This document shows, piece after piece, positions 1-8,586 of a DNA stretch of 64,000 nt. The DNA is from an uncultured Anaerolineales bacterium (GTDB taxonomy: Bacteria; Chloroflexota; Anaerolineae; Anaerolineales; UBA11858). A program made the position numbers and the translations under genes. The notes under the pieces are model-generated. The model saw only the letters and a program-made list of their open reading frames with translations. It ran no database searches and had not been told where the DNA came from. Where the stretch lies: NCBI GenBank assembly GCA_964621835.1, contig CAZUMA010000005.1, positions 2,527 to 66,526 of the forward strand. Direction: 5' to 3'. Position 1 is the first letter of the stretch; every line of letters begins with the position of its first letter.

Positions 1-597
1 CTCCAGAACCTGCTGAAGATCCCCGCCCAGCATGGAGAGGGCATTCTCCGCCTCCTGAGCCTCCTGGGGCCCCTGGGCCCCCTTCATTGCCAGCATCTTG
101 CCATTCACCTTAACCAAAGGCAGCAAATATTCACTCAAGGTGGAAAGATGGGCAACTGCCCGGGCAATCGCCCAATCAAACTGCTCCCGAAAGGTTTGAT
201 CCTGTCCTAACCGCTCCACCCGCTCGCGCACCACCTGGATTCCCTCCAGCCCTAAGTGCCTGACAATGTGCTCACAAAACGCGGTCTTTTTCCCAATGGA
301 ATCGACCAGGATAACCTCAATCTCTGGCAGCAGAATCTTTAAAGGAATCCCAGGGAACCCCGCCCCGGTACCGATATCGATCACCCGTCTGCCGGGCAAA
401 TTCTTCATCACCAGGTAGGGGGTAAAGGAATCTAAAAAATGTTTGATCCGGATCTTCTCAGGTTCACTGATCGCCGTCAAACTGAACCGCTGGTTCCATG
501 CTGCAAGCTCATCGGCATATGCCTGAAGGCGGGCGACTTGCTGCTCAGACAAACGAAGCCCAATGAGCCCCTCTGTTTCTTTCCTTAACTCTTTCAT
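1..597 (-). CDS. rsmG: 16S rRNA (guanine527-N7)-methyltransferase RsmG/GidB, 3' end cut by window edge
   Basis: Own translation of the minus strand from ATG at 597 gives MKELRKETEGLIGLRLSEQQVARLQAYADELAAWNQRFSLTAI...RVIDIGTGAGFPGIPLKIL...AFCEHIV. It has a SAM-binding GxGxG and RsmG-like order. The frame stays open to base 1, so it is absent from the ORF track. Confidence 0.85.
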   Translation of the reverse strand, partial: MKELRKETEGLIGLRLSEQQVARLQAYADELAAWNQRFSLTAISEPEKIRIKHFLDSFTPYLVMKNLPGRRVIDIGTGAGFPGIPLKILLPEIEVILVDSIGKKTAFCEHIVRHLGLEGIQVVRERVERLGQDQTFREQFDWAIARAVAHLSTLSEYLLPLVKVNGKMLAMKGAQGPQEAQEAENALSMLGGDLQQVLE

Positions 598-684
598 CGA
601 CAACCATTATACAGGATCGGGGAGCCATCAAAAAAGGTCTGACCGCACAGGCTGCGGCCAGACCTGATCCCAATTCAGTGGTGG

Positions 685-1617
685 CTACTCCTCTGATTCA
701 TCCTTCTTTTGATTTTTCTTCCTGCGCCTGGCCAAGCGGGAGAGTCTCTTCCAACCCCAGCGAATCGGGAAATACAGGATCAGAACCACCGGCACAATGT
801 AGAGCACGATCCAAATCAGTGCGTCCAGAAAGAATTCCAGGGTGTTGATCAACGCCCGGATTGCTCGCTTGGCCACCCCCACAGGCTGCCAGCTGCCAAT
901 TTTCAGGGGTTGAACAGCCTCATTCGCCTGAATGCTTACTGAGATCGCTGAGAGAGCGGCTGCCTGCTGGTAATACTGCATCTGCCCTTTGATGAGTTCA
1001 ATTTCTTCCTGCACTTCCACCAGGCGATTATAGACATTCAGGACATCTTCGGTACGGTAGGCCTCCTCCATAATCTCGGTTAGTTGTTGTTGAGTAATTT
1101 CCAGGTTGCGCAGTCTGGAGGACAGATCCGTAAATTCCTGGGTGACATCCTCCCCGGTGACCACTTCGCTGAGTATCTGACCAGCCCCCGTTTTGATGAT
1201 TTCCAGGGCTTGATCCATTTTATCCGCAGGGACCCGGATAGTGATGTTCGCCTGGGGCACTTCCAAACCGCGGTCGGTTTGAGTCTGATACAGGTTCGAA
1301 CTGACCACAAACCCGCCCAGATCCGCCGCCAGGGCGCTGATCGCATCCATGGTTGAACCCGGATCTTCCACAACGATGGACAAGGAGGCATTTTTGATAA
1401 CCAGGCGGCCCTCATCCTCCTCAGAACGGTCTGTGCTTCCTTTCAATTCGCTCGAGCTAAACGTGTCAGGGGCGGCTGACTCGAGGGCTGGTTCCCCCGC
1501 AAAATCCAGCTCATTTTGGACGGGAGCAAACGACTCGCTCGTCTCCATCGCTGCCCGCCCGGCGCAAGCTGTCAGGATCAAAACAACCCCCAGCATGGCA
1601 AAGACTTTGATCTTCAT
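685..1617 (-). CDS. DUF4349-like lipoprotein (signal peptide, lipobox, coiled-coil, C-terminal TM anchor)
   Basis: Track ORF 685..1668 starts at TTG. An internal ATG at 1617 behind a GAGGAG RBS gives MKIKVFAMLGVVLILTACAG. The RLVIKNASLSIVVEDP block, coiled-coil middle and C-terminal hydrophobic helix plus RRRKK tail fit DUF4349 architecture (from memory). Confidence 0.6.
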   Translation of the reverse strand: MKIKVFAMLGVVLILTACAGRAAMETSESFAPVQNELDFAGEPALESAAPDTFSSSELKGSTDRSEEDEGRLVIKNASLSIVVEDPGSTMDAISALAADLGGFVVSSNLYQTQTDRGLEVPQANITIRVPADKMDQALEIIKTGAGQILSEVVTGEDVTQEFTDLSSRLRNLEITQQQLTEIMEEAYRTEDVLNVYNRLVEVQEEIELIKGQMQYYQQAAALSAISVSIQANEAVQPLKIGSWQPVGVAKRAIRALINTLEFFLDALIWIVLYIVPVVLILYFPIRWGWKRLSRLARRRKKNQKKDESEE

Positions 1618-1680
1618 AGGCTTCTCCTCGATAGTCGGGTGATGTTGGGTTAATGACGCCCAGGCCAATTAAAAAGTTCC

Positions 1681-2409
1681 CTACCAACCCAAATCCAGCC
1701 GCTGGATGTATTCCACTGGCAGACCGGCTTTGACCATGCGCTTTTGGACAGCGCTGATTTCGTAGGCAACCCGGTATTGGGTCCAGGTGTGTTGATCAGT
1801 ATCATAGATTGCAAAAGCTGCCCGGGGATCATGATCCCGGGGTTGGCCCACAGATCCGGGATTGAGGATGGTCCTACCATCGATGTGAAGGACCTGGCGA
1901 TCTCTAGAAAAACTCACTTTCGCATGGTCTTTGTCCTGAAGCTTTGTATAGACAACAGGAAGATGAGAGTGTCCTACAAAACAAATCGGTGTGGAAAAAT
2001 ACTGGAAATTTGTATAGGCAGTATAAACATCCATGATATATTCCCAGATCGGATCCCGGGGGCTGCCGTGCGCCAGAGTAACCTGGTCCAGATCCACCCG
2101 GGGATCTAACCCCCGGAGATAGTGATGATGGCTGGGGTTCAGCTGCTCAGCGGTCCACTGCAGCACCTCCTGAGCGGCATAATTAAACTTGGATCTTTCC
2201 GTCAGTCCAATCACCGCGCTGTCGTGGTTGCCCCGCAAACAGACCAGATTTGGAAGATCCCGGATGATCGCCACACAATCATTTGGATCAGGGCCATAGC
2301 CAATCAGATCCCCAAGACACCACACAGCATCGACCTGGCCAGCTGTCCTCAGCACGGCCTCCAGTGCCGTCCGATTTCCGTGAATATCAGAGATGACCAA
2401 CACTTTCAT
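1681..2409 (-). CDS. metallophosphoesterase (YfcE/MJ0936-like phosphodiesterase family)
   Basis: MKVLVISDIHGN, GDLIGYGPDPN, RGNHD and GHSH motifs occur in canonical calcineurin-like phosphoesterase order. Confidence 0.8.
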   Translation of the reverse strand: MKVLVISDIHGNRTALEAVLRTAGQVDAVWCLGDLIGYGPDPNDCVAIIRDLPNLVCLRGNHDSAVIGLTERSKFNYAAQEVLQWTAEQLNPSHHHYLRGLDPRVDLDQVTLAHGSPRDPIWEYIMDVYTAYTNFQYFSTPICFVGHSHLPVVYTKLQDKDHAKVSFSRDRQVLHIDGRTILNPGSVGQPRDHDPRAAFAIYDTDQHTWTQYRVAYEISAVQKRMVKAGLPVEYIQRLDLGW

Positions 2410-2507
2410 GCTTCATTCCAACCTTTCTTGCCTGGGGGATCTAAACGACCGACCTGGGCACGAATGGTACCATCAGCCTGGGGGAGGCGCGGGGGATGAC
2501 AGCAAAA

Positions 2508-2963
2508 TCAAGGGGCTGTGGGTCGATGGGATAGCTGCAGGAGAACAATCCCGATCACAATCGAGATCAAACCCAGACCGACTTTCAGGTCAATTTCCTG
2601 GGACCCATTGATCAACCCCACCACCGTGCCGGTAATGGGGGAGAACGCAAAAGCAATCGCCAGGGTAACTCCCAGGTTTTCTGTGAGGGAGAGGGAGGAA
2701 TAAAAACTCCACATCCCCAGGCTGCCTGCGACCAGGCCCCCTCCAATCGCAACCATCAACCAAGCTTTTATGTTATCCGGATTTTCAATTTGCTTCCATG
2801 CCGGGATGGACAGCGTTCCCAGGATGAGCAGCGCAACCACTGTTCGCAGGGTAATCCCGGCAATTGGAGGTAGTTTTAGTGCCTGCAAGCCAGCCTTTTC
2901 AAAGAACCCTCCCAGACCCCAGGATACCCCTGCCAGCACAGCAAAGACGATGTAACGGCTCAT
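2508..2963 (-). CDS. small EamA/DMT-superfamily membrane protein (single EamA-like domain)
   Basis: 151 aa with about five hydrophobic helices and Gly-rich helices (AVLAGVSWGLGGFFEK). Family assignment is tentative. Confidence 0.5.
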   Translation of the reverse strand: MSRYIVFAVLAGVSWGLGGFFEKAGLQALKLPPIAGITLRTVVALLILGTLSIPAWKQIENPDNIKAWLMVAIGGGLVAGSLGMWSFYSSLSLTENLGVTLAIAFAFSPITGTVVGLINGSQEIDLKVGLGLISIVIGIVLLQLSHRPTAP

Positions 2964-3149
2964 CCTTCAACTCCTCAATCTACTATCCTAAAACACGAAT
3001 AGTATACCTTATCCTGCGGATTTCTTATATGCTTGAAGGGGCCATCTTCCCCTCCTGCCCAGGGATTTACGCGGTACAGTACTTGCAATCCTTTCAACAG
3101 ACAGGCATTTCGACAGAAAATCGACTTAAAGGTACAATTTAGCTGGAAT

Positions 3150-4664
3150 ATGATCAAAAAATTTCAGATGGGCATCGCTTGTTTTATCCTTGTGCTGAGT
3201 GCGTGTACAAAATCAGCCCATACGGCGCCTTACATTAATTTCTCAAAGACCTACCAGAATACAAACCTCTCTGCGACCCCTGATCCCTACCTCCCCCCCA
3301 CACGAATACCAGACCAACCCCTTTTGACACCGACGCCTGATGCCCCCCGACCGATTCCCACACTGCGAACACAGGACACGATTTATTATGTCCGCCAGGG
3401 AGACACCCTGAAATCTATTGCCCAGCGGTACAATTTACTCCCCCAGCAAATCATTGCTGCAAATCAGATTCCCAATCCGAATTTGATCTATGCTGGCCAG
3501 CAGCTGTTTCTCCCTGCACCGGTTATCGGGGAGCCGGGCCCTAGTTTTAAAATCCTCCCGGATTCTGAATTAGTTCTCGGTCCGTACTCTGTCCACTTCA
3601 ACACGGGCTCGTTTATAGATAACCAGGGAGGAACGCTTGCTGCCTATGAGGAGGAAGTTAATGGGGTAACCAGCACCGGAGCGGAGATCTTGGAAAGGGT
3701 TTCTGTGGATTACTCCATCAATCCCCGGCTGCTGCTGACCATTCTGGAGCACCAATCAGGATGGGTCAGCACAGAAAAGTCCCCTGAGAATCCTTATCCT
3801 TTAGCCTACACTGAAGCCGGTTATGAAGGGCTCTACCGGCAGCTAACCTGGGCTGCAAATGAGCTGAATCGGGGATATTATCTCTGGAAAGTGAAGGGGG
3901 TTGGGAGCTGGATCCTGCAGGACGGGGTCAATGTACCCATTGACCCCACCATCAACGCCGGAACAGCCGGGGTTCAGCATCTGTTTTCGCAATTACTTCC
4001 CCATTCAGAGTGGCGCCAGGCGATGTCGGAAGGGGGCTTGATTTCTGTGTATCAAGGATTCTTTGGCTACCCTTTTGACTACACATTCACTCCCCTGGTC
4101 CCCCCGGATCTCCAGCAGCCCTCCCTGCAGCTTCCCTTTGAACCCGGTGTGATCTGGACATACACCGGGGGCCCGCACGGAGGGTGGGGAAACGGATCAG
4201 CCTGGGCAGCATTGGACTTTGCACCGCCTCCCGGAAACCAGGGCTGCACCCTCAGTGATGAATGGGTGGTGGCGGCAGCGGATGGGATCATCGTGCGATC
4301 GGATCAGGGCGCGGTCGTTCAGAGCCTGGATGGTGACCCATATCTGCAAACCGGCTGGTCCCTGCTGTATATGCACATCGAGGAGCGCGATCGGGTGGAA
4401 ACCGGTGTTTTTCTCTATGCTGGAGATAAGATCGGCCACCCATCCTGCGAAGGAGGGGTCTCCACCGGCACGCATCTCCACCTGGCCCGCCGGTATAATG
4501 GCGAATGGATTCCAGCAGATCAGGATTTACCCTTCAACCTGGAGGGCTGGATTTCCAGCAGTCTCGGCAGCGCCTACCAGGGCACGCTTAACCGGGGAGG
4601 GGAGACCCTCCAGGCGGATGACTTTCTGACTGACACCAACCAGATTTTTCGGGCATCCCCATGA
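3150..4664 (+). CDS. LysM domain-containing M23 family metallopeptidase lipoprotein, paralogue 1
   Basis: Track ORF 3033..4664. The internal ATG at 3150 gives MIKKFQMGIACFILVLSAC (lipobox). LysM is YYVRQGDTLKSIAQRYNLLPQQIIAANQI. M23 ligands are GGPHGGW...ALDFAPP and GHPSCEGGVSTGTHLHLARRYNGEWI. Confidence 0.85.
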   Translation: MIKKFQMGIACFILVLSACTKSAHTAPYINFSKTYQNTNLSATPDPYLPPTRIPDQPLLTPTPDAPRPIPTLRTQDTIYYVRQGDTLKSIAQRYNLLPQQIIAANQIPNPNLIYAGQQLFLPAPVIGEPGPSFKILPDSELVLGPYSVHFNTGSFIDNQGGTLAAYEEEVNGVTSTGAEILERVSVDYSINPRLLLTILEHQSGWVSTEKSPENPYPLAYTEAGYEGLYRQLTWAANELNRGYYLWKVKGVGSWILQDGVNVPIDPTINAGTAGVQHLFSQLLPHSEWRQAMSEGGLISVYQGFFGYPFDYTFTPLVPPDLQQPSLQLPFEPGVIWTYTGGPHGGWGNGSAWAALDFAPPPGNQGCTLSDEWVVAAADGIIVRSDQGAVVQSLDGDPYLQTGWSLLYMHIEERDRVETGVFLYAGDKIGHPSCEGGVSTGTHLHLARRYNGEWIPADQDLPFNLEGWISSSLGSAYQGTLNRGGETLQADDFLTDTNQIFRASP

Positions 4665-6256
4665 AAACGTTCAGGAAAGTGTTCCTGCTGATGGTCTTAA
4701 TCACAACGACAAGCTGCAGCTTGTACTATACCCCTCCGCCTATTTTTGTCCCGCCCGTGGGAACCACCCCAACCCCCATCACACCGCTCCCCGCTCAACC
4801 CACCCTCGATCAAACCGAACAAGCCCTCCTGGAAACTGTCATGCCTACCCCGGCGCTTTCTCCCACACCCGAACCGACTGATCCCCCCCCACCAACAGAA
4901 ACACTTGTCCCCACCCCTGAAAAGGAGCTGGAACCGATCGTCTATGAGGCCCAGGCCGGGGACACGCTCGCTGTTGTCGCCACCCATTTCGGCGTTCGCC
5001 AGGACCAAATCCGGTATCAGGGAACCCTGCCAGAGGATTCCTTTATCAATCCCGGGACGATGCTGGTTATCCCTCAGGTGCTTATCAACACCACATCGGG
5101 GGTTCATTTGCTCCCGGACAGTGAATTCGTCAACTCCCGGGCAGTTGAGGATCCTGATTTTCCTGCTGATGTCGTTGATTTTGTTGATCAGGCCGCTGGA
5201 TACCTCAGCACTCCCCGGGAATATCAGCACACCCTCCTGACCCATGGTGGAGAAATTGTCGCCCAGATCGCAGAAAACAACTCCATCAACCCCTATTTAC
5301 TGTTAGCGCTGCTGGAATACCAAAGTCGCTGGGTTTACGGGCAACCGCAAAATGTGAAATCTTTGAAATACCCCTTAGGTGAAATCAACTCCCGTGATGA
5401 AGGGCTGGTCCACCAGCTTCGCTGGGCTGTCAATCAGCTGTCCATTGGATATTATGGCTGGCGGGAAGGTCGGCTGACCGAAATCTACCTCACCGATTCT
5501 GAGGATCCAACCAAGACCGTAACTGCTCGTATTGACCCCACGCTCAACGCGGGGACAGTGGCGCTGCAGTATTATTTCTCACAGCTCTACGACAGCGAGG
5601 AGTGGATTCAAGCCCTGGACGAGGAAACTGGTTTTATTGCGACCTACCGGTCCATGTTTGGGGATCCGGCCAACCGCCAGGAGTATGAACCGCTGTTTTC
5701 CTACGATCTGAGCCAGCCATCGCTGGAACTCCCCTTTCAGCCGGGACGGGTCTGGAATTATACCGGTGGACCGCACGGCGCCTGGGAGCGGGAGGGGTCC
5801 TGGGCAGCCATTGATTTCGCCCCTTCTGGATTTAGGGGGGAGTGCTCCCGGTCCTTTTCCTATGTAACCGCATCCGCACCCGGGCTGGTGATCCGGACGG
5901 GTGATGGGGTGGTGGAACTGGATCTGGATGGAGATGGGGACACCCGGACCGGTTGGGTGATTCTGTACCTGCATATCGCAACCGAGGGCAGGCAGGTGGA
6001 GGTCGGGGATTGGGTGGAGGTCGGGGATAAACTCGGGCATCCATCCTGTGAAGGGGGCATCTCAACTGGAACCCATGTTCATATGGCTCGTAAATACAAC
6101 GGGGAATGGATGGCCGCCAACGGCCCAATTCCCTTTGTGCTCAGCGGTTGGACAGCTCACAATGGCTCCAGACCCTACGCCGGGACAATGACCAGGGACG
6201 GCGATACCGTTCGGGCCAGTTCATACAGTGCTCCCGGAAGCCAGATTTCGCGGTAA
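4661..6256 (+). CDS. LysM domain-containing M23 family metallopeptidase lipoprotein, paralogue 2
   Basis: The start overlaps the upstream stop (ATGA). Signal is MKTFRKVFLLMVLITTTSC, followed by a Pro/Thr linker. LysM is YEAQAGDTLAVVATHFGV; the C-terminus carries GHPSCEGGISTGTHVHMARKYNGEWM. Confidence 0.85.
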   Translation: MKTFRKVFLLMVLITTTSCSLYYTPPPIFVPPVGTTPTPITPLPAQPTLDQTEQALLETVMPTPALSPTPEPTDPPPPTETLVPTPEKELEPIVYEAQAGDTLAVVATHFGVRQDQIRYQGTLPEDSFINPGTMLVIPQVLINTTSGVHLLPDSEFVNSRAVEDPDFPADVVDFVDQAAGYLSTPREYQHTLLTHGGEIVAQIAENNSINPYLLLALLEYQSRWVYGQPQNVKSLKYPLGEINSRDEGLVHQLRWAVNQLSIGYYGWREGRLTEIYLTDSEDPTKTVTARIDPTLNAGTVALQYYFSQLYDSEEWIQALDEETGFIATYRSMFGDPANRQEYEPLFSYDLSQPSLELPFQPGRVWNYTGGPHGAWEREGSWAAIDFAPSGFRGECSRSFSYVTASAPGLVIRTGDGVVELDLDGDGDTRTGWVILYLHIATEGRQVEVGDWVEVGDKLGHPSCEGGISTGTHVHMARKYNGEWMAANGPIPFVLSGWTAHNGSRPYAGTMTRDGDTVRASSYSAPGSQISR

Positions 6257-6268
6257 AATAGACCCGTT

Positions 6269-7768
6269 ATGATTAGGAATGATCACTGCCGAAAACTCAC
6301 AGTGAGTCGTTTAAGTCTGCTGGTGGTGATCTTGGCAGGGCTGCTCCCGGCCTGCCAGATCCAGCCCGTTCCCAGCGAACCAGACCCGACGGCAACGGCT
6401 CTGCCCCCCACACCGGTGGTCTCGCCGACCCCGATCCCAGAACGACCGATCTATGACCCTGGCGAGCTGGTGGACTATACAGCCCATTCCGGGGATACCC
6501 TGCATAATCTCTCCGGTCGCTTCAATACAACCCGGGAAGAGATCCTTGCCGCAAATCCTTTCATCCCGTCTGACGCCACTACTCTTCCCCCGGGCCTGCC
6601 CATGCAGATCCCCATTTATTATGAAACACTCTGGGGGACTGCATACCAAATCCTACCCAACAGCACCTTCATCAATGGCCCTGCCGAACGCGGTTTTGAC
6701 CCGATTGCCTATGTGAATGCCCAAAATGGTTGGCTTCGCGATCATCATCAATATGCTGGAGAACAGCAGCGGAGCGGAGGGGAAATCGTCGAGTATATCG
6801 CAACCAACTTCAGCATCAGTCCCAGGCTGCTTCTGGCTTTGCTGGAGTACGAAACCGGCGCACTAAGCAATCCGGTCCCCCCTTCCAATGTGGATGAATA
6901 CCCACTCGGGTATGAAGCTTTTGGGTATCACGGACTGTATATTCAATTGGTCTGGGCGGCAAATATCCTCAATCAAGGATATTACGGCTGGCTGACCAAT
7001 CATCTGGATACCCTGGAATTTGACGATCAAACCATCCAACACCCTGATCCATGGCAGAATGCAGCCACCGTTGCCCTGCAGTACTACTTTTCCCAGACCG
7101 TTTCCCGGGAGGAATTTGAGAAGGCAATCGGCCCGGAAGGGTTTATCCAAACTTACCAGGCTCTCTTTGGAGAACCCTGGGATACGCCGCCCCATATTCC
7201 CGGCAGTCTCAGGCAGCCTGAAATGCAGCTTCCTTTTGACCGCAACAAAACCTGGGCACTCACCGGGGGTCCGCATACCGCCTGGGGGCGGGGGGATCCC
7301 TGGGCAGCGCTGGATTTTGCGCCTCCGAGCGTCGCCGGGGGATGCGAGCCAACACCGGAATGGGCCGTGGCGGTCGCCCCGGGCGTGATCGCTCGCTCTG
7401 AACCCGGGCTGGTTGAGCTGGACCTGGATGGAGATGGCGATCCGAGGACCGGTTGGGTGGTCTTTTACCTCCATCTCAGCAGCAGCTCTCGCGCAGCAGA
7501 GGGAGAGATCCTGGAGTCAGGGGATCCGATCGGCCATCCCTCCTGCGAGGGAGGGGAAAGCACCGGATCCCATGTTCATATCGCCCGGAAATACAACGGT
7601 CAATGGATTCCTGCTTCCGGAACCATTCCTTTTAATTTGGATCAGTGGATTCCGGCGGCGGGCCCGGAAGAATACACTGGCAGCATGACCCGATTCACGG
7701 AAACAGTCATTGCCAGCGTGGATGCCGCCGAAGAAAGCCTCATCTCAGCCCAAAATCCCACCCCCTAA
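6269..7768 (+). CDS. LysM domain-containing M23 family metallopeptidase lipoprotein, paralogue 3
   Basis: Lipobox is LLPAC. LysM is YTAHSGDTLHNLSGRFNTTREEILAANP. It shares the central block LLLALLEYETG...LVWAANILNQGYYGW with paralogues 1 and 2, and carries GHPSCEGGESTGSHVHIARKYNGQWI. Confidence 0.85.
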   Translation: MIRNDHCRKLTVSRLSLLVVILAGLLPACQIQPVPSEPDPTATALPPTPVVSPTPIPERPIYDPGELVDYTAHSGDTLHNLSGRFNTTREEILAANPFIPSDATTLPPGLPMQIPIYYETLWGTAYQILPNSTFINGPAERGFDPIAYVNAQNGWLRDHHQYAGEQQRSGGEIVEYIATNFSISPRLLLALLEYETGALSNPVPPSNVDEYPLGYEAFGYHGLYIQLVWAANILNQGYYGWLTNHLDTLEFDDQTIQHPDPWQNAATVALQYYFSQTVSREEFEKAIGPEGFIQTYQALFGEPWDTPPHIPGSLRQPEMQLPFDRNKTWALTGGPHTAWGRGDPWAALDFAPPSVAGGCEPTPEWAVAVAPGVIARSEPGLVELDLDGDGDPRTGWVVFYLHLSSSSRAAEGEILESGDPIGHPSCEGGESTGSHVHIARKYNGQWIPASGTIPFNLDQWIPAAGPEEYTGSMTRFTETVIASVDAAEESLISAQNPTP

Positions 7769-7844
7769 ACCAGCAAGTTTGCCCTGTCCAACTCCCCGGC
7801 AGTCCGCCAGGGGTTGGCTGCTGTTCCAGGTTGGATCCCCCCCG

Positions 7845-7945
7845 TTGACTTTTTGAATTATTTTCGGTTAATAATTAAATAATATCATTATTTAATCTAA
7901 TTATTGAATAATTTTTCTTGACTTATTAAATTATTTCGATAAAAT
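7845..7945 (+). promoter_or_regulatory. AT-rich island with two promoter-like direct repeats (TTGACT + ~17 nt + A/T-rich -10)
   Basis: 7845-7867 TTGACTTTTTGAATTATTTTCGG and 7918-7940 TTGACTTATTAAATTATTTCGAT are near-identical. The second has TAAAAT at 7940-7945 (16-nt spacer). The first is followed by TTAATA at 7868-7873. Confidence 0.4.
7875..7895. promoter_or_regulatory. perfect 9+3+9 palindrome TTAAATAAT-atc-ATTATTTAA (candidate operator)
   Basis: Read directly from the sequence. It lies between the two promoter-like repeats. Its function is inferred only. Confidence 0.5.
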
Positions 7946-8199
7946 ATATGTAAAGTTGATTTGCTGACCAGGTGAGGATCAGCGGTCCGGTCCCCAGATT
8001 GATCGCGCCCGGGCAGCGGTCTAGCGACACAAGCGGCAGGCGGATCGCCGGCAGCGAACTCAGCAGAGCAGTTCCAAACCACCCCGATTCATCCCCTGGA
8101 TCCATGGGACCGGCAAGGGGCTGATTGCAGCGGGCCGGAGGCCAATGAGCTCCAGCCAACAGGAGTTCAGGATCCAGAAACGGCAATAAGGAGCTATTT

Positions 8200-8586
8200 A
8201 TGCAAGCACTTCCCTCCCAATGTCCGCTCTGCGGCGGTACCGTGATAGTTACAAAGATCAGCTGCCGAGATTGCGGGACCCAACTTGAAGGCAGATTCAC
8301 CTCCAGGACATTCTCTCAACTCACCTCCCAACAACTGGATTTCGTGGAAACCTTTGTCCGTTTGGAGGGAAAAATCACCCATATGGAAAAGGAGCTGGGG
8401 CAGTCTTACCCTACAATCCGCAACCGGCTGCATGAAGTCATCCGCAGCCTGGGATATGAACCTGGTGGTGTTGAAGGGTTATCTGAAGACAAAAGACGGC
8501 AGATTCTTAATGACCTGGAGGCAGGGGAGATCTCTGCGAAGGAAGCCATCCAGCAGTTAGAGAATAATCAAGGCAAAGATCAATGA
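8200..8586 (+). CDS. DUF2089-type zinc-ribbon + HTH protein
   Basis: CPLCGGTVIVTKISCRDCGTQLEGRF zinc ribbon is followed by LTSQQLDFVETFVRLEGKITHMEKELGQSYPTIRNRLHEVI (HTH). An AAGGAG RBS sits 6 nt upstream of the ATG. Confidence 0.75.
   Translation: MQALPSQCPLCGGTVIVTKISCRDCGTQLEGRFTSRTFSQLTSQQLDFVETFVRLEGKITHMEKELGQSYPTIRNRLHEVIRSLGYEPGGVEGLSEDKRRQILNDLEAGEISAKEAIQQLENNQGKDQ

Noticed and set aside
7845-7960. The AT-rich island as a replication origin unwinding element, considered because rsmG/gidB is at the window start.
   Set aside because: I found no cluster of DnaA boxes (TTATCCACA-like) beside it. Isolated box-like 9-mers occur only inside coding regions (for example 25604, 49276 and 53333). 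dnaA and dnaN are not present, and promoter-like repeats explain the island better.
7960-8190. Possible SRP RNA (CCAGGUGAGG...GGUCCGG) or M-box (AGGUGAGG) in the leader of the DUF2089 gene.
   Set aside because: Only short fragments resemble those consensus sequences. The SRP domain IV GGAA tetraloop context and the other M-box conserved blocks are missing.
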